64,000 nucleotides of DNA from a virus (lineage: Duplodnaviria > Heunggongvirae > Uroviricota > Caudoviricetes). Below are positions 51,701 to 60,388 of this stretch, piece by piece (the first letter of the stretch is position 1; each line of letters begins with the position of its first letter). Below the pieces are notes generated by a model that searched no databases, was not told the origin of the DNA, and worked only from the letters and a program-made list of their open reading frames with translations. A program made the position numbers and the translations under genes. The stretch is taken from the IMG/VR virus record IMGVR_UViG_3300032167_005013. One strand, 5' to 3'.

Positions 51701-53698
51701 ATCTTCACTTGGATTTATAGTTTCACATCCCGCAAAATAACGGAGGAGTGTCTGTTCATCGTCTACATTTTTTTCACCCTTCTTTTTATCAATCATCCAA
51801 TAATCAAGAACCGCAGGGTGGTCAATAAGAAGAGTGAACGAAAGGCTTCCTGTTCTCTTTGTATTATTGTATGTGTACACAGGTTCCCCTCGGCCTATGA
51901 AATTAGCCTCATTCCATTCAGCCGATGAAGTCTCCTGAAATTCCAAATCATATGGCGGAAACCACATAATACGCCCACCATTCGGGCCACGCTGTTCTTC
52001 CGACAATGTATGCTGATAATCCTTTACAAAATCACCCACATTTTCATTTGAGCCCTTCTCAAATTTATATCCACCTTTTCCACTAATATTGACATCCTTC
52101 CAAGCGAGATTTTCAATTGAAAACATGCATTGTTTAATATCAACATCCAAATCGCCTGTTGGCGTTATATTCACAAAACCATTCTTGTTTAAGGTTGAAT
52201 ATTTAGCAAGGCGCTCCTCACCTTTGAAATTTCTGAAAACATTCCAATTTTTCTGCAATTCATCAACCCCAAGAAATTTCCCTTCATCAGTAAATGGTCT
52301 AATAAGGTCTGCCATCTTAGAATACTGATGATGGTAAGTCCATACACGGCAATACGGATTATCATACCCATTAACATTAGTACCATTACCTGTTTCCCAT
52401 GCAGTCTTAGTAAGAAGATTCCTACCTCTTGACAAACCAAATGTTGAATGGACTGCAGATTGTGAAAGATTTTGTTCTTTATCTTTTGATGTATGGAAAC
52501 GCCCAATAAGTGTATCAATACTTCTATTTTTCAAAAGTTCATTAGTGGTGCTTAAAATGTTTTTTCCACTAATCTCCATTGTTTGAGGCGTAAAATTAAC
52601 GCGCCTATTATTAATTGCAACATTAAATGCGTTTCCATCATTCGAATCACCCTCAGCATGGAATTTATATACAGTGGAAATTTTCTTTATATCAGAATCT
52701 ATTACCGCTGTGGTTCTTGAAGCATCAATTTCATATTGTGTTGAATCCAATGCCTTATGGAATCCATAATACATGTTCTTCGGCCCATAATTAGGATGTT
52801 TACTCCAATCATACCCACTATCAGGAAGAGCATATTCGGGATTAATCGTTGTCAGATAATCAAACATGTTACCACTTTCAATCTCCTTTATGAAATCATC
52901 AGTAACAGGCTCGGCAATTCTACCCGTATCTTCATTAATTCTGAAAAGAGTTGAAAGATTATATACATTGGCGTGATTATTACCATAAAGACGTTCAAGT
53001 TCAGGGGTGATATATTTTGTTCTCCTCAATGAATTGAACTGTGCTGCATAAAGAAGTGTTCGTGCATAAAGTTGATTTGTAAGCATACCCATACGAGTAT
53101 CCTTACCACTATAATTGTTGATATTAGTGGTTATAATACCTTTAGATGCATTTGCCACATTAATATCACGAACAATACCAACCTTATCATGCTCCATAGC
53201 ATACTTTATATCGCTATATTGTAAGATTTCATTGATAGTATCGGCAAACGTCTTTCCTTCGAGATTCGGGAATATGTCATAAGCAACATCCTCAGCAAGG
53301 TCCCTCACACCCAAAAGACCTGCAAGATGCCCCGCATAGGTTTCCCTCTTACCATAAGTCTCACTCAAATAAGACAAATAGTCACCATAACCATCATAAT
53401 TATTAACCATAAATGATGGTTTTACATTGGTAACCACATAATACCCTAATCTTTCAACGTCCCTCCCATAAGAAGTGTTTAATTTTTTCCCATATTCACC
53501 ATCAAGGTTATAGGTATAACTCAGCAATCCCCCGTTCTTTTCATTCTCAGGGCGTTTTTTCTCATTACCATATACGTCATATGCCAAACCTATTGGTGTA
53601 TCAAGGTTTTTGGCATATAAACGATATTTTCCACCATTATTCAATAACTGCTCATTACGCAGTCCGGTATATGTCTTCACTATACTCTGCTTTGCCAT
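48779..53698 (-). CDS. Large tail-tube-initiator/baseplate-like protein with OmpA-like region (1639 aa)
   Basis: WFPPYDLEFQETSSAEWNEANFIGRGEPVYTYNNTKRTGSLSF is tube-initiator-like; IVGDASSDG...NDALSKQRGEILKKYL is OmpA-C-like. Confidence 0.6.
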   Translation of the reverse strand: MAKQSIVKTYTGLRNEQLLNNGGKYRLYAKNLDTPIGLAYDVYGNEKKRPENEKNGGLLSYTYNLDGEYGKKLNTSYGRDVERLGYYVVTNVKPSFMVNNYDGYGDYLSYLSETYGKRETYAGHLAGLLGVRDLAEDVAYDIFPNLEGKTFADTINEILQYSDIKYAMEHDKVGIVRDINVANASKGIITTNINNYSGKDTRMGMLTNQLYARTLLYAAQFNSLRRTKYITPELERLYGNNHANVYNLSTLFRINEDTGRIAEPVTDDFIKEIESGNMFDYLTTINPEYALPDSGYDWSKHPNYGPKNMYYGFHKALDSTQYEIDASRTTAVIDSDIKKISTVYKFHAEGDSNDGNAFNVAINNRRVNFTPQTMEISGKNILSTTNELLKNRSIDTLIGRFHTSKDKEQNLSQSAVHSTFGLSRGRNLLTKTAWETGNGTNVNGYDNPYCRVWTYHHQYSKMADLIRPFTDEGKFLGVDELQKNWNVFRNFKGEERLAKYSTLNKNGFVNITPTGDLDVDIKQCMFSIENLAWKDVNISGKGGYKFEKGSNENVGDFVKDYQHTLSEEQRGPNGGRIMWFPPYDLEFQETSSAEWNEANFIGRGEPVYTYNNTKRTGSLSFTLLIDHPAVLDYWMIDKKKGEKNVDDEQTLLRYFAGCETINPSEDVIKKILSGSYLGGTVDTTPIPPNTDIVFYTFFPNNYSGIDEMDNPEQVLERLFGGQNNNKLGVKFDDSDTEYFLGYEMGNNPISVEFTKTEFVNPNPWVLLSIKGREDAEVDGLDMYMEGGVNISLDDFKNSGSTYASYDVLVSDKETKEGIISANTETIVRYDEEINGLDEKIILAEEELENLYTEHISYESGTTQYILIGSKIDEKKEQIKGLSEEKDRKISAKEKLKELNETLRNDINSTATTQTIKDIEDKFVPGTNPYFKTNPLYLYRENKDSEFISGEYDEIYAKYILATLKTYDNETDFKDDENILTIKVPEYQVFKSKSDDGVKYWVVEVEITGDVPYPLFKTKKDFKKSSSYTGRLETKKGEKVDTTYMIKDSSGNVIEFSDTAAAKDKLDKISKTYSSKEEFKESGELFGLVGDDLIAYYSVQESDTVAAQEKIMESFPEIDNEEFISAYYQNHVYMSPNEFSTQGPDYCMVQYYYEFCQASESSKQFAYKDEQDFIVRSVASEMNKTHMQESEEVKGSIANGTYEMSVFLDYDNDKNKKAYEYPYDSNKSNEQLTWAANYADLRSFGLNSTYEVVKREVGDGSVTCSFGEFFAGVKDGISGGTYTDFVLACERAILERYLNLKGEELEEKINEVSERIKYIGLVLNQQSKDIKTKVKSANIVGDASSDGQRSKNDALSKQRGEILKKYLKSLPVFGADENGYAPDVVNSTSGTTNVETPQDESKDISDIISKKDRNAKVVIVVGEDYINSDVSDNAVVSEGVDERFQSFSTGQTRYRRYDDERLFFQMLKENDDIAYSNLIDKVKFFSPAYHSITPEGFNARLTFLQQCTRQGPTVTASDLGTKTTAANLAFGRAPFCILRLGDFLNTKIVVKSVNITYPDSMWDLNPDGIGVQFMMAKVQMNIDIIGGSDISAPIKRLQNAVSFNYYANTSIYDNRSDISVYDDNGGVRAARTWNPELKKQ

Positions 53699-53718
53699 GT
53701 GAAAAAATATATTGTTAT

Positions 53719-56595
53719 TTATACATTAGGATATCTCTGAGAATATGCACGTTTATCGAAACCACCATTCTCATTAATATTAATCTGCCTTGTTATCATA
53801 TCAGTCAACTTATTAATGAACGTAGGATTGTTCATCATCTCTTTCGTAATATCAAAAGTCTGACCCTGTCCTCCATCAAGTTTAATTGTACCGCTGATAT
53901 TAATGTTTATCGGTTCAATTTTAACAGGCTGAGAATTCTGTACAAAATTTTGTTGCACTTCACCTTCTCTAACTTTCACTCGCCCACCCATAGGCTCAAG
54001 CGAACGTATGTTGCTGTCATTCAACGAGCCATCATTTATTCGAGTCAAAGTACTTAATGACCTTGAAGTAGCCTCTTTATTTATAATAAATTCCCCACCT
54101 TCTGCACTACTTATCGGTATTCCACCATTAGCATGTGAAGGTCCATTAAGATAACCACCCCTTTCATATTTCTTAGCCTTTAACATATCTTCATTTCCAA
54201 GGGCTATCATTTTCTGACGTAGGCTATCATTAAGTTCACCCTCTCCTATCTCACCGTCAGACAACGCCCCCGCAATCTTCTTCATCTCCCTAACAGAAAA
54301 AGAACCTTTCAGAGTTGAATATTTTGCTCTTCCTGTATCGTTTTCTATTCCTGCACGAATCTCATTATCCTTTCGAATTCTTCGAGCCTGATTACCTTTG
54401 CCAAGTGCCTCACCTGCAGCTTCGCCAACAGCAGAACCAATCATAGGTCCAACTGTAGCACCAAGAATAGGTCCAACCACAGGTATTAATGACAAAAGAC
54501 TTGAAGCAGCAACAGCACCAACTGTAGCACCTATTGTCCCACCAACAGCCTTACCACGATTCATAAAATCATCACCGGTAGATTTATAACCACGAGAAGC
54601 ACTTACGGCAGCCGTTACTCCTGCAATAACAGGAACACCAACATTAGCAATCTTAGAAGAAACGCCTGTAAACTTGTTCAAATTATTGGTAGATTTGCTT
54701 AACGTTTTTGTCATTGTAGAATCAGGTTTATTAATTCTTCCCCAACGTTCAATGAGTTTGGTTTGTTCCATGGTGGACATTTCACTTCGTCTTATCCATT
54801 TACCAATATCCCTCATTGTTTTATCCTGTTTACCAAACATACCCATTATTGGATTCATACCCATGCCACCACCAAACGTGTTCAATAAACGCCCACTTGT
54901 ATCACTATTCAATAATGCCAATAACGGTAAATAATTCATTGTTGACGCTCTATTAATGACAAACTCACCATGTTGTGCTGAGTTGAGAATCATTTCTCTA
55001 TTACCTTCACCATTACTAATATAGCCACCTTCGGCATGCGTCATAATCATGCCACCATGAGCATGACCCATTCTCTTCGCTATGATTCTTGTGGCTGCGC
55101 CACCAATTTTACCCATAGCACCATTCAATACAGGACTAACCCATTTGCTTGCAAGTTCTATCATTATGAGTTTATTAATTGCCTTAGCATTCTGACCAAT
55201 AGCATCATAAACACCCTTCACTGAAGCAGCCTGTCTTTCAAACTTCTGTGCTTTCGTTGTCGCAATCTGTTTTTCAGCACCCTGTTGTACATCAAAATAC
55301 CCACGAAGCATCTGAGCGATATCACGTATGTTCTCAGAATCAGTCTTGCTATAATCAGCCAATGCCTTAAGGTCATTACCATCAAGGCTTGCAAGCGATT
55401 TAAACTCACCATCAGCGCCCCTTGCACCGGCAATACCATTCTCAAATGTTGCAGTATTTAACAACAGTTCTTTATATTCATCAGGAATATTTGAAAGGCC
55501 ACGCATCTGATAGGATATCTCATTCCTACGAGCCTGATTTGTGGTTTGTTCAATCAACTTACCATAATCAACGCCCATTGCGGAGGCAGCCTCACGAAGA
55601 CGAAGTTTATCAAAAGTGGCAATCTCTATCTCCCCTGTAGACCTATTAAAGCTTCCCAATGAATTTGTAAGATTAATAAGGCGGTCTTGAAGGCCTTCCA
55701 TATCATTAAGACTATCATGAAGAAGCCCCATAGGGTCTGCAAATTGTGCAAATGGCCCACCAAGAACCTGAAGTTGCGCAGATACATTAACCGATTTGTC
55801 CACACTACCAAGATTATCGGCCAATGTAGCAACCATATCCATATCAACACGCATCTTAGCGGCCTTTTCTGCCATTGCAGTAAGCCCATCAACACCTTTC
55901 TTGAAAGTATATTTTTGAGCCAACATAATATGGTCAGCAACATTCTTGGCATATTTTTCCAATGAAAGTCCTTGTTTCGTAGACCTGCTGAACATCTGCG
56001 TCAACATTTCACCTGCATCATTTGCTGACATTCCGAAATTTTCAAGAGATGCGGAGAAACGGACCGCCATATCATCGCCAACAACAGCAGACATCGCGGC
56101 AACGCTTTCAAGTTGCTGATTAGTAAGACGAATACTTCTATCCACTGCAGTTGCATAAGAACTCTGCAGTTTGATTAATTCTTCTAACGATTTGTTGTAA
56201 TTTGCACTAAGTCGAGAAGCATTACCAAATTTAATCATCTCATCCCTGAGACGAGCAACTTGGTCAGCGGCAAGACCTATCTGTTTACCATAACCAAAGG
56301 CCGCTTGGTCCGCTTTTCCCCACTCCTGTCCAAGTTCATCACCAAGACCTTTTAGAGTATCAATAATTTTTTTCTGAAATCCTGCTAACGGGACATTAGC
56401 AAACACCTCACCCATAAGACCTCCAAGGTCAGCATCAATAATACCTTTCCTCAGAGCCCCACCCAACGCACCTGGCACTGCGCGAGTAATACCACGCACA
56501 ACCCATTCACCTGCATCACCAAGTGCATCAGGAATAGCGCCGGGTGTTCCCGCCGCCCTCCTTCCATTATATCCTCTATCAATATTATCACTCAT
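53719..56595 (-). CDS. Tape measure protein (958 aa)
   Basis: Ala/Gly/Gln-rich helical composition, two GG...GEF(V/I)IN motifs, directly after the chaperone genes. Confidence 0.85.
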   Translation of the reverse strand: MSDNIDRGYNGRRAAGTPGAIPDALGDAGEWVVRGITRAVPGALGGALRKGIIDADLGGLMGEVFANVPLAGFQKKIIDTLKGLGDELGQEWGKADQAAFGYGKQIGLAADQVARLRDEMIKFGNASRLSANYNKSLEELIKLQSSYATAVDRSIRLTNQQLESVAAMSAVVGDDMAVRFSASLENFGMSANDAGEMLTQMFSRSTKQGLSLEKYAKNVADHIMLAQKYTFKKGVDGLTAMAEKAAKMRVDMDMVATLADNLGSVDKSVNVSAQLQVLGGPFAQFADPMGLLHDSLNDMEGLQDRLINLTNSLGSFNRSTGEIEIATFDKLRLREAASAMGVDYGKLIEQTTNQARRNEISYQMRGLSNIPDEYKELLLNTATFENGIAGARGADGEFKSLASLDGNDLKALADYSKTDSENIRDIAQMLRGYFDVQQGAEKQIATTKAQKFERQAASVKGVYDAIGQNAKAINKLIMIELASKWVSPVLNGAMGKIGGAATRIIAKRMGHAHGGMIMTHAEGGYISNGEGNREMILNSAQHGEFVINRASTMNYLPLLALLNSDTSGRLLNTFGGGMGMNPIMGMFGKQDKTMRDIGKWIRRSEMSTMEQTKLIERWGRINKPDSTMTKTLSKSTNNLNKFTGVSSKIANVGVPVIAGVTAAVSASRGYKSTGDDFMNRGKAVGGTIGATVGAVAASSLLSLIPVVGPILGATVGPMIGSAVGEAAGEALGKGNQARRIRKDNEIRAGIENDTGRAKYSTLKGSFSVREMKKIAGALSDGEIGEGELNDSLRQKMIALGNEDMLKAKKYERGGYLNGPSHANGGIPISSAEGGEFIINKEATSRSLSTLTRINDGSLNDSNIRSLEPMGGRVKVREGEVQQNFVQNSQPVKIEPININISGTIKLDGGQGQTFDITKEMMNNPTFINKLTDMITRQININENGGFDKRAYSQRYPNV

Positions 56596-56615
56596 TGCTG
56601 ATAAACTTTATTGTC

Positions 56616-56623
56616 TATAAATA
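56616..56623 (-). promoter_or_regulatory. TATTTATA candidate late promoter for tape measure
   Basis: 20 nt upstream of ATG 56595, just after a terminator. Confidence 0.7.
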
Positions 56624-56633
56624 TCTTATACCA

Positions 56634-56665
56634 AAAAACCACCTGAAGAAAAACAGGTGGTTTTT
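56634..56665. terminator. Intrinsic terminator
   Basis: AAAAACCACCTG-N8-CAGGTGGTTTTT hairpin. Confidence 0.85.
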
Positions 56666-56678
56666 AACATATTTATCA

Positions 56679-56981
56679 TTAATGCCAATCTTTTACATCC
56701 GATAACATCTGAAGTTTATCATTTTCGCCTTCAAGCCCCGTAGATTCAATCTCAGGAGCCTTTGAATTATCCTGATTATTATGCATCATAATATAAAACC
56801 TCCTATCCGCAATCGGCATCGTCATAAGGATATCCATAGGGATTCCAACATATTTAAAACACCCCCAAATTTCCTCCTTAAAACTTTTTTCATATTCCTC
56901 AGGCAATGTTGAGAAAAATAAATTGGTCAAGCGGTAGAAACACAGTCTGTGAGCCACCCCCAAGACTCTGAGGCTTCTCAA
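56679..56981 (-). CDS. Tail assembly chaperone 'T'-like segment (probable frameshift extension, or TTG-initiated from 56906)
   Basis: LPEEYEKSFKEEIW...DILMTMPIADRRFYI resembles chaperone GT C-termini; overlaps the end of the upstream chaperone in the +1 frame. Confidence 0.65.
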   Translation of the reverse strand: MRSLRVLGVAHRLCFYRLTNLFFSTLPEEYEKSFKEEIWGCFKYVGIPMDILMTMPIADRRFYIMMHNNQDNSKAPEIESTGLEGENDKLQMLSDVKDWH

Positions 56982-58143
56982 CCTCTATATTAAAATCAAG
57001 TCCCGGCTCATTCTCGTTAATATACTTTCTTAATGCAAGAGAATCACGGACATTCATATTCAAAACATACTCTGAAATATATTGACGGTTAGTATTACCA
57101 TTGACAGCCATCACTTGCGCTTCAAGCCTGTTGGTAATGGAATTTGTATAATAGACTCCATCATCTTCAATTCCTTCCTGCCAATCCTCGATGCTTCTAC
57201 AAGCCTCATACAATTTACTTTTCTGAGCCTTATTCAGCATCTCATCAATATCAAGGAACTTTCTTAATTCCTGACTTATCGTCTCAAGACGTGTTTTCAC
57301 TGATGCAGGACTTTCAGCCGTATCAATACCCTTAAGAGTCTCAACCTCTCTATGATTAAGGAACTTAAACTTCACCTCATCACCACTTGCAGGTAATTTA
57401 TAAGTAAACCATCCATTCTCATCAGACTCAAGATTAAACTCCTTGAAATTAATTGTTGACAAATCTACTATTGACTCAAATTCAATGCCTGTGGCTTTAT
57501 CTGTTGCAGTAATAGGAAACTCATTACCATAACCTGTAGCACGAAGCCATAAAATGATAGCATCACGGTCCCCGTCAAGCAATTCCGAAGGCTCTATACC
57601 TGCATCAAGAATTTTTTCATTAAGAAGATAGTCAATAAGAAGATTATCCCTATAAAGGTTTGGTGATACAAACATATTCTCGTCATTTGCTGTAAGATAA
57701 GAAACCTGAAGCCTGTCAGTCTTATGCTTATAAGGAAGACCCTTAGATGGAAGAGGAATCACATCGAAAGCGGTTGACGCACCGAAATCCCTTTTCTTTG
57801 GGATATATGTTGTCTTAGTTCTTTTCATCTCCGTTTCTCTTTTATTAACTTTCTTCACATCTGTTGTTGTTTCATTTGTCGTTACCTTAGCAGAACGTCT
57901 CTTCCCCTTTTTCTTTATAAGGTCATCGGGATTACCCCCTTCTTTAATATATTGCTGAAGAGTGTCATCAAGCATCGCTCTCAATGGCTGAAGACGCTCT
58001 TCAAGTTGCTGTGGGGTATACAGTTTTGTTCCATCGTTCTTCAACCTGTCTTTAAGAGCCCTCTCAGTATTTCTCAACGTAGTTTCATTCATTTCATACT
58101 GAGACTTAATAATATCAAGTGCACTTTGATTTATATTTTCCAT
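56899..58143 (-). CDS. Tail assembly chaperone / gp26-like hub assembly protein
   Basis: IPLPSKG...VSYLTANDENM...LLDGDRDAIILWLRATGYG...MNVRDSLALRKYI; sits directly upstream of the tape measure gene; ATG 58143. Confidence 0.8.
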   Translation of the reverse strand: MENINQSALDIIKSQYEMNETTLRNTERALKDRLKNDGTKLYTPQQLEERLQPLRAMLDDTLQQYIKEGGNPDDLIKKKGKRRSAKVTTNETTTDVKKVNKRETEMKRTKTTYIPKKRDFGASTAFDVIPLPSKGLPYKHKTDRLQVSYLTANDENMFVSPNLYRDNLLIDYLLNEKILDAGIEPSELLDGDRDAIILWLRATGYGNEFPITATDKATGIEFESIVDLSTINFKEFNLESDENGWFTYKLPASGDEVKFKFLNHREVETLKGIDTAESPASVKTRLETISQELRKFLDIDEMLNKAQKSKLYEACRSIEDWQEGIEDDGVYYTNSITNRLEAQVMAVNGNTNRQYISEYVLNMNVRDSLALRKYINENEPGLDFNIEVEKPQSLGGGSQTVFLPLDQFIFLNIA

Positions 58144-58157
58144 TAATATCAAATATT

Positions 58158-58769
58158 TTATTTTATTTTTTCAACTAACAAAGTAAGACGATAGGGCTTT
58201 TCAAAATTTATCACCCTACATTTAACTAAAACTCCCTGAACATCACCCAACTGTACCTTTAAATCTTTGGTGGGTAACATTTTCAACCTTTGCCCCTCAG
58301 GAATTTCATGATGCACGTTAATCTGCATGCTGTCACGCACCCAAAAACGAATTTCTGATTCAACATCAGGTTCAAGATTCTTTATCGGAAGGTCAACAAT
58401 CATAACAAACATCAGTTGTTCCATGCGACACTTAACCAATTCCATAGGCTGCATAAGGTTTTTACGCTGATTAAGAATTGGACATCCTATCTCATAGAAT
58501 TCAAATTTTGTATTGTCAGCCATCTTTTCCTTATATTCAAGAACACCATATTTCTTATTAAGATAACTGACATTTCCTCCGGACATGTAATAATCAACGT
58601 TTCTTGAATTCTGTACGTTAAACTCATTACCAAGATTGCGTTTCCACTCCTCAGCCGTCAAACCATCTCCTCTTTTCTTGTCACCCCAAATATACCCCAA
58701 TTCATCATGCTTATCAGAATATAACGCAGCATGAATCGGAATATACGGAATATATATCTTACTCTCCAT
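58158..58769 (-). CDS. Hypothetical protein (203 aa)
   Basis: ATG start, co-oriented. Confidence 0.7.
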   Translation of the reverse strand: MESKIYIPYIPIHAALYSDKHDELGYIWGDKKRGDGLTAEEWKRNLGNEFNVQNSRNVDYYMSGGNVSYLNKKYGVLEYKEKMADNTKFEFYEIGCPILNQRKNLMQPMELVKCRMEQLMFVMIVDLPIKNLEPDVESEIRFWVRDSMQINVHHEIPEGQRLKMLPTKDLKVQLGDVQGVLVKCRVINFEKPYRLTLLVEKIK

Positions 58770-58771
58770 TT

Positions 58772-59260
58772 CTAATGTCTTTTTTTCTTTTCTTCTTCAA
58801 TTTGAACTTTCTTAGCACTCGTACCTATCTTTTCCTTCAAGATTCTCATTACCATACTCGGATTTTCATGTATATCTTTTTCCCATATCCTTAAAATTGG
58901 TATCCCGTGTTCCAAAGCCCAACGATTTTTATGTTCATCCACCCTTTTATTATGTTTTTGTGTTGGAGTAAGTTCTTTACCCTCAACAACCCTCGGGTCT
59001 GAATGCCAATATCCCCCATCAACTTCGATGATTAATCGACACTCCGGAAGATAAAAATCAAAATACCTACCAATACTTTCAGCCTTGAACTGATAAACAT
59101 ACTTTACACCAAGTTTATCAAGAAATTCCTTCGCAAACTTCTCCTCCAACTTGGAAGTACCGTATTCCTTATGCTTTCTTTTCTGAGGTTTGGAAGGTTT
59201 AACCTTAATTTTCTTAATCTTATTGGTTTTTTTAATATCTTTCTTTACGGGTTGTGCCAT
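58772..59260 (-). CDS. DUF559/Vsr-like PD-(D/E)xK endonuclease
   Basis: SKLEEKF...FDFY...IIEVDGGYWH...D...N.WA...G..ILRIWE. Confidence 0.85.
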   Translation of the reverse strand: MAQPVKKDIKKTNKIKKIKVKPSKPQKRKHKEYGTSKLEEKFAKEFLDKLGVKYVYQFKAESIGRYFDFYLPECRLIIEVDGGYWHSDPRVVEGKELTPTQKHNKRVDEHKNRWALEHGIPILRIWEKDIHENPSMVMRILKEKIGTSAKKVQIEEEKKKRH

Positions 59261-59310
59261 TATATATCGTTTTACAATATATACCAGATATTAGATTTTT
59301 AAACAAAAAA

Positions 59311-59892
59311 TTATTCAAGATTATTAATTTCCTCCTGAAATTTCTTTGTAAGAGCATCCATTTCCCTCATATAACGCGCCTTGATGTCATCAAGCGATGG
59401 CTTCTGCGGCTGAGCAACAACTCTTTCTTCCATGAAAACATTTTTACCGTCATTAACTATAGGACACCCCCCGCCCATCTCACGAACATACTCCATCTCC
59501 TCTTTCTTCTTTTCCTCCATTAAAACATCTCCAAATGCATTTGGGAAACTATATCTACTACCACTTCTATCCCTTTCATGTCCCACCATATATTCAAGAC
59601 GAGTCTTATCACCCCTACCTGACGGAGAACGAAGATACTGTATCACATTTATCAACTCATCTTCAGTCAACATTGCATCCTTATAAGAAGTTCCTTGTTT
59701 TCTATCTTCTTCAATAAGGTCTGCCATCCTATTAGATTGCTTATAATCATCCAAATTAATCTCACGGATTACATTTCTTAAACCCTCACGGTCAAATCTA
59801 TCAATTGCCTGTGCCATATTACTCCACCTTGCTTTTATATTTTTTATTATTTTTCTTTCTTCTTTTAATTCAAGACCATCAAAAACATCCAT
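59311..59892 (-). CDS. Hypothetical protein (193 aa)
   Basis: ATG start, charged helical sequence. Confidence 0.65.
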   Translation of the reverse strand: MDVFDGLELKEERKIIKNIKARWSNMAQAIDRFDREGLRNVIREINLDDYKQSNRMADLIEEDRKQGTSYKDAMLTEDELINVIQYLRSPSGRGDKTRLEYMVGHERDRSGSRYSFPNAFGDVLMEEKKKEEMEYVREMGGGCPIVNDGKNVFMEERVVAQPQKPSLDDIKARYMREMDALTKKFQEEINNLE

Positions 59893-59967
59893 ATGATGAT
59901 TTTATCAGAAAAATAACTATTTTCTTAAACATTGTCAATAATTTACGTAAAAAAACATTGAACGAAC

Positions 59968-59975
59968 TATTTATA
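59968..59975 (+). promoter_or_regulatory. TATTTATA candidate late promoter
   Basis: Plus orientation, matching its plus-strand gene at 59995. Confidence 0.65.
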
Positions 59976-59994
59976 TTCAAAATAACCATTGAAT

Positions 59995-60339
59995 ATGGCA
60001 AAAAGAAATTTGAAACAAGACATTAACGAAATTAATAAAATGTCAAAAAACATACCAACCCTTATGGAAACAATTCATTTCTCGCCAGAAAGAGAAATGG
60101 AAATGTGTGAGGGGGATGAAGAATATCCTGAAAGTGAACTTCCTGTTGAAGATTCAATGCCAATGGAAAAACCAATGGCTATGCCAGGAAAAGATATCGT
60201 TGACCAAATCAGAAAAATGGCATTGAAAGCAATGGCTGAACTTGCTGATAACACTGAGGATAGTTATTATCTTGTACTTAAGAAAATTTGGCAAATGGCC
60301 GATAAAAATCCTGAGGAAGGAAAAATGAACAAAGAATAA
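59995..60339 (+). CDS. Small acidic hypothetical protein, probably late/virion
   Basis: ATG 59995, 19 nt after TATTTATA; terminator follows. Confidence 0.7.
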   Translation: MAKRNLKQDINEINKMSKNIPTLMETIHFSPEREMEMCEGDEEYPESELPVEDSMPMEKPMAMPGKDIVDQIRKMALKAMAELADNTEDSYYLVLKKIWQMADKNPEEGKMNKE

Positions 60340-60362
60340 ACAACCATTTTTAAGAAAATTAA

Positions 60363-60388
60363 AATGGGTAGGAGCACTCCTACCCATT
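60363..60388. terminator. Bidirectional terminator overlapping the endonuclease stop
   Basis: AATGGGTAGGAG-CA-CTCCTACCCATT between convergent genes. Confidence 0.8.
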
